From a virus (lineage: Duplodnaviria > Caudoviricetes): DNA of 27,019 bases. Location of the stretch: positions 1 to 27,019 of IMG/VR virus record IMGVR_UViG_3300003375_000115. One strand, given 5' to 3'. The position numbers and the translations under genes were made by a program. How positions within the stretch are numbered: position 1 is the stretch's first letter; each line of letters starts with the position of its first letter. Below, piece after piece: positions 1 to 8,992 of the stretch. The notes beneath the pieces were generated by a model. That model made no database searches. It had not been told where the DNA came from and saw only the letters and a list, made by a program, of their open reading frames with translations.

Positions 1-315
1 TGGCAACCGTGGCATGAAGGTCATAGGGCTTTGTTTGAGCGCTCTATAGCCAAGACTGGTCAAGTAGTTATTCAAATTCGTGACTGTCAGGGCTGGCAAG
101 GATCTAACCCTTTTGCTATAGAACAGGTAAAATCATATATAAAGCGTGATTTAGACCCATTGTTTCAAGGGCAATACGAAATTCAAGTTGTACCAAATAT
201 CGTAAATATCACCTATGGAAGAGATGTAGGGTACAAGATTGAACAAGAAACGTTTGATAAGTCAGTAACTGATATCAGCGCCACTAAAATCCGCAAGGAA
301 ATGGGTATTAAATAA
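1..315 (+). CDS. Cytidylyltransferase-like (HIGH superfamily) nucleotidyltransferase, 5'-truncated
   Basis: The frame is open from base 1: WQPWHEGHRALFER gives the HxGH motif, and the C-terminal ISATKIR is the KMSKS-equivalent motif. The true start lies upstream of the window, not at 31. Confidence 0.85.
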   Translation, partial: WQPWHEGHRALFERSIAKTGQVVIQIRDCQGWQGSNPFAIEQVKSYIKRDLDPLFQGQYEIQVVPNIVNITYGRDVGYKIEQETFDKSVTDISATKIRKEMGIK

Positions 316-1208
316 TGTTTGGAATAACCGCATTCGCTCAGTCACCATTTGCCGCATTAGGCGGTACGGTCTATTCACGGAATTTGACTGAGAGTGTTGC
401 GGCTACTGACGCAGTTTTAGGCGCTCTTGCAACTCAAAACGCTGTAACCGAAACTGCAGCAGCCACTGATGCTGTATCAACAACCCAAGCTCTTGCGGTA
501 TCTATTGCAGAGACCAGCGCAGCTACTGATGCCTATGCTAACGTATTAAACTCTGTAAACTTTATTACAGAGAGTGTTGTAGCTACAGAAACAACAGATC
601 AGCTTACCGGTAAATTTGTATACCTTACTGAGTCTGTAGCGGCTACAGATAGTGTATTAGTTAATGCAAGTACATTTAATGCTGCAGTTCCAGAAACATC
701 AGCGGTAATTGATACAGTAAGTTCTACTGGCGCTATTTTAAGCTCCGTTATAACAGAGTCTGCAGCGGCTACAGCTACCCAAGTATCTGCACAAACAATT
801 GTTGGATTAATTGCTGAGTCCACAACTCCAGGCGATTTATATACAAATACCTTAAGATTAGTTACCGCAATCAATGAATCTGCCGCTGCAACAGATATTG
901 TTAATAGCACTTATATTGGATATGTTGCCGTAACAGAATCTTCTGCGGCAACAGCTACGCAAACCCAGCAATATTTAGTTAATGTATTTGTTACTGAAAG
1001 CTCTGCAGCAACAGCCACAATGTCTGCTGGTTTAAATTATCTAGTAAATGTAGCTGAGTCTATTGCCGCCACAGATACTCAAACTTATACAGTAGATGCA
1101 ACAGCTACCCCAACTGGCGTTTTACTGACAATTAGCTTAACAAATGTTAACGTATGGGGCGAGATAAATGATGGATCAAGCCCAAATTGGGTACAAATTA
1201 AAGATTAG
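315..1208 (+). CDS. Ala/Thr/Ser-rich repeat virion protein (probable fibre shaft)
   Basis: 12 copies of a 20-21 aa unit with core [LIV]xE[ST]xAATD; MFGITAFAQSPFA N-terminus; lies next to the tail fibre; TAATG coupling to the upstream gene. Confidence 0.7.
   Translation: MFGITAFAQSPFAALGGTVYSRNLTESVAATDAVLGALATQNAVTETAAATDAVSTTQALAVSIAETSAATDAYANVLNSVNFITESVVATETTDQLTGKFVYLTESVAATDSVLVNASTFNAAVPETSAVIDTVSSTGAILSSVITESAAATATQVSAQTIVGLIAESTTPGDLYTNTLRLVTAINESAAATDIVNSTYIGYVAVTESSAATATQTQQYLVNVFVTESSAATATMSAGLNYLVNVAESIAATDTQTYTVDATATPTGVLLTISLTNVNVWGEINDGSSPNWVQIKD
384..1076 (+). repeat. Degenerate ~60-bp coding tandem repeat (12 units)
   Basis: LTESVAATD, VTETAAATD, IAETSAATD, ITESVVATE, LTESVAATD, VPETSAVID, ITESAAATA, IAESTTPGD, INESAAATD, VTESSAATA x2 and VAESIAATD, at 20-21 aa spacing. 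Confidence 0.85.
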
Positions 1209-1217
1209 GAGCATTAA

Positions 1218-2729
1218 ATGTCAACATATTCAACTTCTTTGGGATTAGAGGAAATCACTCCAGGAGACCAAGCGGGTCTTTGGGGTAATACAACTAATAC
1301 AAACTTAAGCCTTATTGACCAAGCTATTGCTGGCGTAACACCTGTTAGTTTAGGTTCGGCTTCTGGGTCTACTTATGTATTGACATATTACAACGGTGCT
1401 GTAGATGAATCTCGATCTGCTGTTATTAAGGTAACTGGTACAGCTACTGGCCCAAACATTATTCAGATCCCAGCAGTTCAAAAGCTATATGTATTTAGGA
1501 ATAACTCTGGAGATCAAATTACAGTTCAAACTGCAGCGGCAGCAAACACCGTAACATTAAAAGACGGAGAAGCTACGCTAGTATTTTGCGATGGGGCAAA
1601 TGCTTACTCTGGAATTGCTACTGCGGGCGTTGGTACTATTACTGTTCCTTACGGCGGTACTGGTGCTACTAGTTTTGGCGCTGGATTTATCATATCCCCT
1701 GGCGGAACTGGGAATCTAGTATCTGTTCCATATATTCCATTGGATGCATCAAGCGCTGCAGTATCTGGAGTTCTTCCGGTAGCAAACGGCGGAACAGGAC
1801 AATCTACTCTTGCTTCTGGCTCTATATTAACTGGAAATGGTACAAGTGGTATTGGTTCTATTTCTGCTTCAGCTACACCTGGTTGGGTGCTAACTACAAA
1901 CGGATCTAGTTGGGCGGCGGCTCCTGCTGGATCTGCACTTTTATCAAGCAATAATACTTGGTCTGGCACTAATGCATTTAATACTGCTCCTACAGTTGGT
2001 GGTTATTCTGTTGTGACTACCAATACTCTTTCTGGGTATGCTCCTTTAAATGCTAATAATACGTTTACGGCTACAGGTACTTCTTCTTTTGGTGGATTGT
2101 TACAAGCACAGTCATTTCAAGCATTGGGTGCTGGTTCTATTGGAGACCAAAAGTTTACTGTTGCTTACACTAGCGGTGGAACTACTTATAATGGGGGCTT
2201 GTCTTCAACAACAGTACAACTTGGAGCGAGTGGTTATGGTGGTACTTATGTACCGGCTGGATCTGGTTATGATTCCTATCCTAATATTGGATTTATAGCT
2301 GGCACAGGCGGGGCTAGTTTTTCAATTTCTCATGACCCAAGCCTTACTTTATATGCTGGGGCTTATACTTGTTATAAAGGTGGTTCAAGCACATCTTGGG
2401 TAATTTATTCTGATTCCCGAATTAAAAAGAATGTTGTGCCATATACAAAAGGCTTGTCTGAATTAAATCAAATTCAAATAAAAAACTTTGAGTTTAATGG
2501 TCTTGGTAATACTGTAAATGGTAAAAAAGGTATTGGTGTTATTGCTGACGAAGTTGAAAAAGTATTGCCTGACAGCGTTACAACAATGCCAACTAAATTA
2601 CATTCAGAAGATCAAGAAAGAGTAGACCTAAAAACATTTGACAACACTGAAATGATCTATTTGCTAGTTACTTCTGTTCAAGAACTATCTGCCGAATTAG
2701 AAGCGCTTAAAGCTAAAGTTGGAACCTAA
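1218..2729 (+). CDS. Tail fibre / receptor-binding protein with C-terminal peptidase S74 intramolecular chaperone
   Basis: Gly/Ser/Thr-rich; VPYGGTG and LPVANGGTG fibre motifs; SDSRIKKN...GVIADEVEKVLPDSV...VQELSAELEALK chaperone starting at 2409; AGGAG RBS. Confidence 0.9.
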   Translation: MSTYSTSLGLEEITPGDQAGLWGNTTNTNLSLIDQAIAGVTPVSLGSASGSTYVLTYYNGAVDESRSAVIKVTGTATGPNIIQIPAVQKLYVFRNNSGDQITVQTAAAANTVTLKDGEATLVFCDGANAYSGIATAGVGTITVPYGGTGATSFGAGFIISPGGTGNLVSVPYIPLDASSAAVSGVLPVANGGTGQSTLASGSILTGNGTSGIGSISASATPGWVLTTNGSSWAAAPAGSALLSSNNTWSGTNAFNTAPTVGGYSVVTTNTLSGYAPLNANNTFTATGTSSFGGLLQAQSFQALGAGSIGDQKFTVAYTSGGTTYNGGLSSTTVQLGASGYGGTYVPAGSGYDSYPNIGFIAGTGGASFSISHDPSLTLYAGAYTCYKGGSSTSWVIYSDSRIKKNVVPYTKGLSELNQIQIKNFEFNGLGNTVNGKKGIGVIADEVEKVLPDSVTTMPTKLHSEDQERVDLKTFDNTEMIYLLVTSVQELSAELEALKAKVGT

Positions 2730-2753
2730 AGGACTGGTGAAATAAAGTGAACT

Positions 2754-3206
2754 ATGGCAGATCCTTTTGGTTTATCCGAAGGAGCGAAAGCTCTTAGTAA
2801 GAGCCTTGATGCAAGTCGAGAGGCTGGTAAAAGCTTAACTAAGAGCATTGAAGGAGTTCAGCAAGACGGTTTAGATGTAGCGCAGAAAATGGCGCAAGAA
2901 AGACGTAGAGCAGTTAGAGAAGCAGAACATAAGAAACAAACAGCGTTGATTAAAGCGCTGGAAGATTGGCAGCACAAGAAACAAATTAGTGACCAAGAAG
3001 CAAAACTAAAAATAGATTTTGTTAAGAAGTACGGGGCTAAGGAGTGGGAAGCACTGCTAAAGATTAAACTGGATATTGAAAACTTGGAGCGTAAAAACAA
3101 TGAAGAGTTTCAACATGATCTTAAAGAAGTTAGGCGAGTACAGTTCTATTGCTTTGCGGTGGCTGCGGTCATTGCTTGGTATTTAACGTGGGGATATAAG
3201 TTATGA
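2754..3206 (+). CDS. Coiled-coil protein with C-terminal TM helix (lysis-cassette associated, function unknown)
   Basis: Charged helical body followed by FYCFAVAAVIAWYLTW; ATGA overlap with the holin-like gene. Confidence 0.65.
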   Translation: MADPFGLSEGAKALSKSLDASREAGKSLTKSIEGVQQDGLDVAQKMAQERRRAVREAEHKKQTALIKALEDWQHKKQISDQEAKLKIDFVKKYGAKEWEALLKIKLDIENLERKNNEEFQHDLKEVRRVQFYCFAVAAVIAWYLTWGYKL

Positions 3207-3439
3207 ATGAAATAATGAAACACTTACTAACAGGTAAGGATAACTCTACACATGACATTGCAAAATGGGCATGGATGTTAGGGTTTCTACTAGTAGGCGG
3301 TGCAGCAATTTACTTAATTTATGCTGGCAAAGAAATCAGTTTAACTGAGCTTGCTGGTGCTTTGGGCATCGTTTCTGGTTCTGGTGCAGCTTCCGTAGCT
3401 GGTAAACAAATGGCTGGCGCTGAGCCAGATACACAATAA
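3203..3439 (+). CDS. Putative holin
   Basis: 78 aa with two hydrophobic segments, directly upstream of spanins and endolysin. Confidence 0.6.
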   Translation: MNEIMKHLLTGKDNSTHDIAKWAWMLGFLLVGGAAIYLIYAGKEISLTELAGALGIVSGSGAASVAGKQMAGAEPDTQ

Positions 3440-3882
3440 TGTGGAAAAACTTACTCAGTATGGGCATGAGTTTTGTAGGAGGCTCTAGTGTCCAAATTTA
3501 CATTTATCTTGCTATTGTATTTGGTGGCTTTAGTGCTGGCTTTTATGTGGAACATCTGCGTTTTTCTGCATACGAAACTAGAGTTGAAGCAGCAGGAGCA
3601 GCGGCGCAAGCAAAAACGGAGTCAATCCAAAAGCAACACGAAATAGTAACTAAAGGAATATCTGATGAATACGATACAAAAATTGCTAATTTGCGCAATT
3701 ATTATAAGTCTACAAGCGTGTGGAACAACAATGGTGGCAGCACCGTGTCCGGTCTTTCCGCGGCCCCCAAGTCAGCTGATGTTATCTCCGCCTACAACCA
3801 ACTTGCTTCAAATTGCTCCCAGACAACCCTAATGCTGGTAGAGCTTCAAAAGTGGATTAATGAACAAATAGGTATCAAATGA
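3439..3882 (+). CDS. Rz: Inner-membrane spanin (Rz-like)
   Basis: N-terminal TM (IYIYLAIVFGGFSAGFYV), periplasmic coiled coil, C-terminal Cys, and an embedded lipoprotein ORF. Confidence 0.85.
   Translation: MWKNLLSMGMSFVGGSSVQIYIYLAIVFGGFSAGFYVEHLRFSAYETRVEAAGAAAQAKTESIQKQHEIVTKGISDEYDTKIANLRNYYKSTSVWNNNGGSTVSGLSAAPKSADVISAYNQLASNCSQTTLMLVELQKWINEQIGIK
3665..3832 (+). CDS. Rz1: Outer-membrane spanin lipoprotein (Rz1-like), embedded in the +1 frame of Rz; absent from the ORF track
   Basis: MNTIQKLLICAIIISLQAC-GTTMVAAPCPVFPRPPSQLMLSPPTTNLLQIAPRQP (55 aa): LQAC lipobox, Pro-rich mature region, AAGGA RBS 7 nt upstream. Confidence 0.9.
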   Translation: MNTIQKLLICAIIISLQACGTTMVAAPCPVFPRPPSQLMLSPPTTNLLQIAPRQP

Positions 3883-4472
3883 TTGAAAGTCAGCTAATAG
3901 CTTTAGGTATTGATGGTAAGTGGTTAAATCCGCTAAAAGATACTTTTGACAAGTATGATATTTCTACACCAAAAAGACAGGCTGCTTTTATAGGGCAATG
4001 TCAGCATGAGTCTAATAACTTCAAGGTTCTTGAGGAAAACTTAGACTACAAACCAGAAGCTTTAATGCGTGTCTGGCCTAGTCGTTTTCCAGATCTACCT
4101 ATTGCTATGAAATATGCACACAACCCAGAGAAGATCGCTAATAAGGTCTATGGCGGGCGTATGGGTAATGGGGTAGAGGAGACTGGGGAAGGTTGGAAAT
4201 ATCACGGCAGGGGGCTTATACAGCTTACTGGCAAGGAAAACTATGCAAACTGTGGCTCTGGCATTAATATTGATCTTCTTTCTAACCCTAACTTGTTAAC
4301 CCTACCAGAGTATGCAGCCTTAAGCGCTGGCTGGTTTTGGGGCAAAAGAGGGCTTAATAGCTTGGCAGATAGTCAGGATTATGAAACAATGACTAAGCGA
4401 ATCAATGGCGGGATTATCGGCTTGGATGATCGCAAAGCTAAAATTGCTAACGCTATTTCCGTATTAGGGTAA
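3879..4472 (+). CDS. Endolysin, glycoside hydrolase family 19
   Basis: AAFIGQCQHES, WKYHGRGLIQLTGKENY and TKRINGG motifs; lysis cassette context. Confidence 0.92.
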   Translation: MIESQLIALGIDGKWLNPLKDTFDKYDISTPKRQAAFIGQCQHESNNFKVLEENLDYKPEALMRVWPSRFPDLPIAMKYAHNPEKIANKVYGGRMGNGVEETGEGWKYHGRGLIQLTGKENYANCGSGINIDLLSNPNLLTLPEYAALSAGWFWGKRGLNSLADSQDYETMTKRINGGIIGLDDRKAKIANAISVLG

Positions 4473-4478
4473 ACCTGT

Positions 4479-6698
4479 ATGCCATTACAAAAACTACAAT
4501 TTCGCCCAGGTGTAAACCGAGAAGGCACTAACTACTCTAATGAAGGTGGCTGGTATTCTTGCGATAAAGTACGTTTTCGCTCTGGATTCCCAGAAAAGTT
4601 AGGCGGATGGGCTAGGGCATTTCCTGGTCAGTTCTACAAAGGCGTATGTCGCGCCCTAATCAATTGGGTTGACTTAGCTGGTAATAATCTTATTGGTGTA
4701 GGAACTCATTTAAAGTACTACATTAATCGAAGCCAATACTATGACATTACCCCAATAATTCATACTTCTGCTGGGTTAAGTAACCCATTCACAACAACTA
4801 GTGGTGTTCAAGTTGTTACAGTAACTGATGCTGGATATGCAACTTCTGCTGGGCAGTTTGTTACATTTTCCGGTGCTACTGGATTTAATGGATTATCTGC
4901 GGCGCAACTTAATACAGAATTTCAAATCACTAAAGTTGTTAGCTCAACTGTTTATGAAATTACATTGCCAACTGGCGTAACGCCAACTGGAAGTGGTACG
5001 GGTGGTGGTACTGTTGGGGCTGCATATCAGATTCCTATTGGTCTTCCAGCAGAAACTACAGGTAACGGTTTTGGTGCTGGTGTATGGAACGGTGTAAACA
5101 TTGCTACTACTTATCGTGCTACATTAGCTTATACATCCGGGGCAACTCCTTGGATTTTGCTTAATCCTACATCTACAACTATTAATGTAGACAGCACCAC
5201 AGCATTTCCATCTGCAGGAACTATCATTATTGATGCTGAGGTTATTACTTATACAGGCAAAACAAGCACCAGCTTTACAGGATGCACTCGTGGAACGAAT
5301 GGTTCTACCGCCGTAAATCATGCTTATCGCCCTGCTGTTGGCACTCCAGCGCCAGTGATCGTATATAGCGTACTTGGATACCTGGGAACAACACAATGGG
5401 GATATCCTACCTCTGGAGCCGTTGGTGTAGCAGAGCAATTGCGTTTATGGACTAATGATAACTACGGTCAAAACCTATTAATTTCCCCTCGCGGTGGAGA
5501 GATTTATTATTGGATTAATAATACTTCTACATTTGCTAGGGCTGTGCCACTTAGAACTACTGCAGATGATGCTCCTAGATATACAAATCAAGTATTAGTA
5601 TCAGATGTATCCCGCTTTGTAATTGCTATGGGAGCTACATCTTACGGCGACTCTACTTATACATTTGATCCAATGCTAGTTCGCTGGTCAAATCAAGAAG
5701 ATCCTAATGTTTGGATTCCAGATATTACTAATCAGGCTGGTGAGCAACGTTTAACTAATGGCTCATATATTATGCAAGCCAAGCGTAATCGTCAAGAGAT
5801 TCTAATCTGGACTGATTCAGCCCTGTATTCTATGCAGTATCTTGGGCCTCCTTATGTTTGGGGCTTTAACTTGATGATGGATAACATTTCCATTATGAGT
5901 CCTAACTCCGCTATTGTAGTTAATAACGTAGCATACTGGATGGGTACAGATAAGTTCTATAGTTACTCTGGTGTAGTCTCAACATTACCATGTTCATTAC
6001 GTCAGTACATTTATGATGATATTAGCTTTGACCAGCGGTATCAAATTGTCTCTGGATCTAATGAAGGCTTTAATGAAGTCTGGTGGTACTATGTATCTAA
6101 CGATGAAGTACAGGCAGCCTCACAAGCTGGACGTATTCCAGTAGTAGATCGTTATGTCATCTACAATCATTTAGAACGTATCTGGTATTACGGTAACTTA
6201 AGCCGTACTTATTGGCTGGATTCCCCGTTGCAACAATGGCCTTTAGCCGCCGTTGGGGATGAGTTTACTGGTCAAATCCTGTACCATGAGAATGGAGTAG
6301 ATGATAACTCTACAGCTTCTCCACAGCCGTTTGACTGCTTTATCTCATCCTCAGACTTTGATATTGGTGACGGTCATAACTTTGGATATGTATGGCGCAT
6401 TATTCCCGACATTAACTTTAGCGGATCTAATAATGGATACCCAACGGCATACTTCCAAGTATCCCCACGGAACTTTCCAGGAACTGGGTTTACTAAATCA
6501 GTTGTAGATCCTATTAACAGTACGCAACAGTACTCAAATGCAATTAAAACATATGAAGTTCAAAAGTTTACAGAACAGCTATACACTCGATTGCGTGGTC
6601 GTGAATTAACATTTAAGGTTGGATCTGGTGGGCAGTTAGGTGTTAACTGGCAACTTGGATCACCTCGACTAGACATTAAGCCTGACGGACGTAGATAA
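4479..6698 (+). CDS. Tail nozzle / stabilisation protein (beta-propeller type) with inserted beta modules
   Basis: 739 aa, Trp/Tyr-rich beta repeats (VRWSNQED, ILIWTD, VAYWMG, EVWWYY); located before the ejection proteins as in podoviruses. Confidence 0.65.
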   Translation: MPLQKLQFRPGVNREGTNYSNEGGWYSCDKVRFRSGFPEKLGGWARAFPGQFYKGVCRALINWVDLAGNNLIGVGTHLKYYINRSQYYDITPIIHTSAGLSNPFTTTSGVQVVTVTDAGYATSAGQFVTFSGATGFNGLSAAQLNTEFQITKVVSSTVYEITLPTGVTPTGSGTGGGTVGAAYQIPIGLPAETTGNGFGAGVWNGVNIATTYRATLAYTSGATPWILLNPTSTTINVDSTTAFPSAGTIIIDAEVITYTGKTSTSFTGCTRGTNGSTAVNHAYRPAVGTPAPVIVYSVLGYLGTTQWGYPTSGAVGVAEQLRLWTNDNYGQNLLISPRGGEIYYWINNTSTFARAVPLRTTADDAPRYTNQVLVSDVSRFVIAMGATSYGDSTYTFDPMLVRWSNQEDPNVWIPDITNQAGEQRLTNGSYIMQAKRNRQEILIWTDSALYSMQYLGPPYVWGFNLMMDNISIMSPNSAIVVNNVAYWMGTDKFYSYSGVVSTLPCSLRQYIYDDISFDQRYQIVSGSNEGFNEVWWYYVSNDEVQAASQAGRIPVVDRYVIYNHLERIWYYGNLSRTYWLDSPLQQWPLAAVGDEFTGQILYHENGVDDNSTASPQPFDCFISSSDFDIGDGHNFGYVWRIIPDINFSGSNNGYPTAYFQVSPRNFPGTGFTKSVVDPINSTQQYSNAIKTYEVQKFTEQLYTRLRGRELTFKVGSGGQLGVNWQLGSPRLDIKPDGRR

Positions 6699-7357
6699 TG
6701 GCTGTCAATACTTTACCAGTAACAATACGCCCTACAATTGCGCCTAACTTACCAGTCGCTCCAATAGAGTATCAGAAGCAACATCAAGACCAGTTTGCTA
6801 AGGTTATCCAGCTTTACCTTACTCAAAACGATAACAATAGCTCTGCAATTCTGGGTCGTCTTGGCGGTAAATATTTAACATTCCCATATGGTACTTTTTA
6901 CGATACCACTTTACAGTCTGCTTCCTCAACTTCAGTAGCATACCCAGTTACTTTTAATAGTAATTATGATGCGGAGGATACTTTAGGGGATGGCGTTACC
7001 ATCAATCCATCCGTTAAGTCTCAGATTCAAATAGATTTTTTTGGTACTTACAACGTACAGACTACGTTAAACTTTCAAAAAACTACCGCTACAGACGGCT
7101 ATGTTTATACATGGTTTAGGGTTAGTGGCGTTGATGCCCCAGAAACAGCTAGCAAAACCCTTGTAACGGGTCTAACTGGAAGCGTTACAGTATCAAGGAA
7201 TTATGTGTTTCATATAGATACAGCCACCTATATAGAGGTTGTTTGGGCTACTTCTAGTACAGATATTAAACTAACCCCCGTTGCGGCTACTAGCCCAGTA
7301 CCAGCAATTCCTTCTGCTATGGTAAGTTTAACCTTTGTTTCAGGCACACATACATGA
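6698..7357 (+). CDS. Virion protein with N-terminal helical anchor and C-terminal C1q/TNF-like jelly-roll head
   Basis: APNLPVAPIEY helical N-terminus, then beta-rich GTYNVQTTLNF...YIEVVW...SLTFVS; TAATG coupling. Confidence 0.55.
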   Translation: MAVNTLPVTIRPTIAPNLPVAPIEYQKQHQDQFAKVIQLYLTQNDNNSSAILGRLGGKYLTFPYGTFYDTTLQSASSTSVAYPVTFNSNYDAEDTLGDGVTINPSVKSQIQIDFFGTYNVQTTLNFQKTTATDGYVYTWFRVSGVDAPETASKTLVTGLTGSVTVSRNYVFHIDTATYIEVVWATSSTDIKLTPVAATSPVPAIPSAMVSLTFVSGTHT

Positions 7358-7394
7358 TAAAATCAACCCAAATTGACCTTAAAAGGCATTAATT

Positions 7395-8981
7395 ATGAAT
7401 CCTACACAACCTGGGATTGCCCCACCACAAACTGATGCCTCACAAGTGCAGACTGGAATGTATCCACAAAGCCAAATGGATAGAACTCAGTTTTCTACGC
7501 CTACGCAAATGCCTGTAAGTAAAGAAGTTATTTCTTCTGATTATGATTCTACTATTAGCCCATATACTGGTGATATGCCTAGATTCGCTGGCGGTGGTTT
7601 AGATCAGTATCAATATGCTAAGGGTGGTGAAGTAGGAATTAAATCGGCTGCCAAGGAACTTGCACAGTACGGGAGAATGGGCGACACAATAGTTGCTCAT
7701 ATTAACCCACAAGAAGCTCATATGCTGAAGCAAATGGGTGGCTCTGGAACAATTAATCCACATACGGGTTTACCCGAATTTGGTATGTTTGGTATTGGTG
7801 GTGGTGGCGGTATTTTAGGTACAGGTATTAACAAAGGTGCTAATGACCCTGTATCCAATGCTCTTTCTAATAATCCTATTTCTCAAGGTATATCTAGCGG
7901 AGTTCAGGGTGCAGCTGGAGCGGTTGACAAAGGACTGGTTAGTCTTGATAAATCTATAGGAAAAGTCATTCCTGGTGGTTGGGGAACGTTAGCCGCTACA
8001 GCAGCAAGCTTTATTCCAGTTATTGGCCCAGCATTAGCCGTTGGAATTGGTGCATTAAATGGTAGCGGAGTAATGCATAAAGGCGGTCACTTTAATTTAC
8101 AGGGCGCTGTTATGGGCGGTGCAATGGCTTATGGTATGTCTACTCTGTCGTCAGGACTGCAAATGGCAGGAACAGAATCAGCAATACCAGGCACCGATAT
8201 TGCCGCAGCAAATGCTTCTCCAGATGCAATTAATAGTTTAAATACATCACAAAATTGGACTGGTGGAACTACTGGAACAGATGTTGTTCCCAATACTCAA
8301 GTAAGCACTCCAATGGAAGGAGTTGCCCCAGGTTCACCAAGCCCATCGCCTACACCACAAACTTCTACTCCTATTAGCATAGCTCAACAAACTGGACAAA
8401 ATATAGCAAATGCTGGACAAGGAATTAAAAACTTAGTTGGCGCTGGTGATGGAACCATAGCAGATGCTGCAAAAGCTTATAGTGCTTCTGGATCCTCTCT
8501 TCAAAATACAGCGCTTCCTATCGCCGCTGGAACTATGGGTTTAATGAGTTCAGATGCACAAAGGGCATATGATACCCAAGTAAACGATCAAAATTCAACC
8601 GCTAATGCTCAATACAACGCACAAATGGCAGCTATTCAGGATTCTCAAGATAGAGCAAATAGAAATATGCGCGCTCATCCATACCAGTTTGCTGGTGGTG
8701 GTGCTATTGCTTTTGGAAATGGTGGTGATGTTCCTCGTTTCTTATCTGGTGGCGGGGATGGTCTAAGCGATAGTATTGACGCTACAATAGATAATAATCA
8801 ACCAGCTAAACTAGCAGATGGTGAATTCGTAGTAAGTTCAGATGTCGTATCTGGGCTTGGTGGTGGATCCTCTAAAGCAGGAGCCAAGAAACTTTACGCA
8901 ATGATGGATCGTGTGCGTAAACAAGCGCATGGTACTAAAAAGCAAATTCGCCCAGTAAGTACTAAAGCATTGCCCGCATAA
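7395..8981 (+). CDS. Putative internal virion (ejection) protein
   Basis: Gly/Ala-rich with a hydrophobic hairpin; GRMGDTIVAHINPQE...GGSGTINPHTGLPE module; C-terminal GDGLSDSIDA...LADGEFVV module; four [FY]xxGG motifs. Confidence 0.7.
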   Translation: MNPTQPGIAPPQTDASQVQTGMYPQSQMDRTQFSTPTQMPVSKEVISSDYDSTISPYTGDMPRFAGGGLDQYQYAKGGEVGIKSAAKELAQYGRMGDTIVAHINPQEAHMLKQMGGSGTINPHTGLPEFGMFGIGGGGGILGTGINKGANDPVSNALSNNPISQGISSGVQGAAGAVDKGLVSLDKSIGKVIPGGWGTLAATAASFIPVIGPALAVGIGALNGSGVMHKGGHFNLQGAVMGGAMAYGMSTLSSGLQMAGTESAIPGTDIAAANASPDAINSLNTSQNWTGGTTGTDVVPNTQVSTPMEGVAPGSPSPSPTPQTSTPISIAQQTGQNIANAGQGIKNLVGAGDGTIADAAKAYSASGSSLQNTALPIAAGTMGLMSSDAQRAYDTQVNDQNSTANAQYNAQMAAIQDSQDRANRNMRAHPYQFAGGGAIAFGNGGDVPRFLSGGGDGLSDSIDATIDNNQPAKLADGEFVVSSDVVSGLGGGSSKAGAKKLYAMMDRVRKQAHGTKKQIRPVSTKALPA

Positions 8982-8992
8982 AAGGAAATATT

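Noticed and set aside
1218-2729. Diversity-generating retroelement or invertible tail-fibre cassette
   Set aside because: No reverse transcriptase, invertase or duplicated template repeat was seen in the window.
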